Assembly: GCA_965285935.1 (NCBI GenBank)
Contig: OZ260661.1
Coordinates: 51,398,001-51,462,000 of the forward strand
Length of the DNA: 64,000 nucleotides
Source of the DNA: Ophelia neglecta
Lineage: Eukaryota
Direction: 5' to 3'
Each line of letters opens with the position of its first letter. The stretch's first letter is position 1. A model generated the notes under the pieces. That model did no database searches and was not told the origin of the DNA. It was given only the letters and a program-made list of their open reading frames with translations. This document shows, in pieces, positions 63,081 through 64,000 of the stretch. The position numbers and the translations under genes were made by a program.

Positions 63081-64000
63081 GTAACCATCTCTTCTTTTAA
63101 ATTGATTATCTCTCTCAAAACATGTTTGAGCGCAAGCGGGCGACACTAAAATCCACATATTAAGGTTTAGTACTAAAAATAAGCCTATTTGTCTTTACTG
63201 TATATTCCAGTCTAGTTTTATTTCTGTGCGCGTAAATTGAAATAATGCAAACTGCCTAATACATCTAGTTTCTCACCGTAAACTTTTCTTTGACTGGGGT
63301 CAGTTGATGTCTGCTATACATAGCCGGGGATTGAAAAAAGCGCACTCGACGTGAGCAATTCAATGAATGACACAACGTTGTGACAACTGTAGAAAAGTTA
63401 AATTAATCCTTTTCGCTTATAATATTTTGATGTGTTGGTTTGCATGGACATCCTTTAAGGGCACAAGTTCAAGACCTCTACAGGTGGCCTAATTATTATT
63501 AGGCATATGTTTATTAAATTCCGCTTTCCGAATGCCTATAGGCCTATTTTAGGTATTTTTTTACGTGCTAACTATCTGGAGATCTTTTCTCCTGGTTTTC
63601 AGAGTGTGTTTAAGTTCTGAAATTTTCCATGTGGATTTCTTACTGACAATCTACCATAAGCTGCTCTCCTTTGACCTTTCATATTACCGGCGCGTATGTG
63701 GTATATTGTCTTTCTGCAATACAAACCAAAGCCGAGTTATAACCTTTTAAATTCTTTCCTTGCCTATGCAATACTTGTGAAGTTGTCTTCGTGTCTAACC
63801 CTCTCCGTATCACGTAAAATGGGTATATTTTGTCAAAATAGTGTGTCTTTAAAATAGACACATGGTAAGAAGCAGTGACAAGTTTTAGTTTAGACGACTT
63901 TTTAGCATGTTATAATTTTCTCCCTCACATGCAGCGATGGCCAAACGTACAGAAAAAAATGTGATATAAAACGAATGCATTTGACTTGCCTTCATTCTAG

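Noticed and set aside
2976-63546. TAGGCCTA as a StuI (AGGCCT) cloning artefact or a transcription-factor site
   Set aside because: The consistent T/A flanks, the GnCm length variants and the behaviour as insertions within otherwise colinear retroelement frames fit neither ligation junctions nor selected binding sites.

Overview
AT-rich (roughly 35-40% GC by eye), repeat-dense eukaryotic nuclear DNA, most consistent with an invertebrate animal; species cannot be determined. There is no prokaryote-like operon, CRISPR array or rRNA/tRNA gene that I can support. Retroelement remnants: a 5'-truncated RTE-X-like LINE RT (46.5-49.2 kb, minus), an L1/Tx1-type endonuclease LINE (31-32.3 kb), several CR1/L2 fragments and Gypsy pol fragments. 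DNA-element remnants: Harbinger and Crypton pseudogene fragments and many TIR elements, including a 3.5-kb foldback element with an intact TSD (27404-30950) and a 1.5-kb TACGG...CCGTA element with an L2 inserted in its terminus. Host-gene candidates are three phase-compatible exons at 4.4-6.3 kb and a signal-peptide first exon with a CpG-rich upstream region at 62.4-63.1 kb. The most striking signal is about 21 copies of TAGGCCTA (plus TA-Gn-Cm-TA variants). At three sites in two unrelated retroelements the motif behaves as a 5-6 nt insertion at TA whose removal restores the reading frame, pointing to mass excision footprints of an unidentified TA-targeting DNA transposon. Family assignments rest on recalled motifs; no database searches were run.
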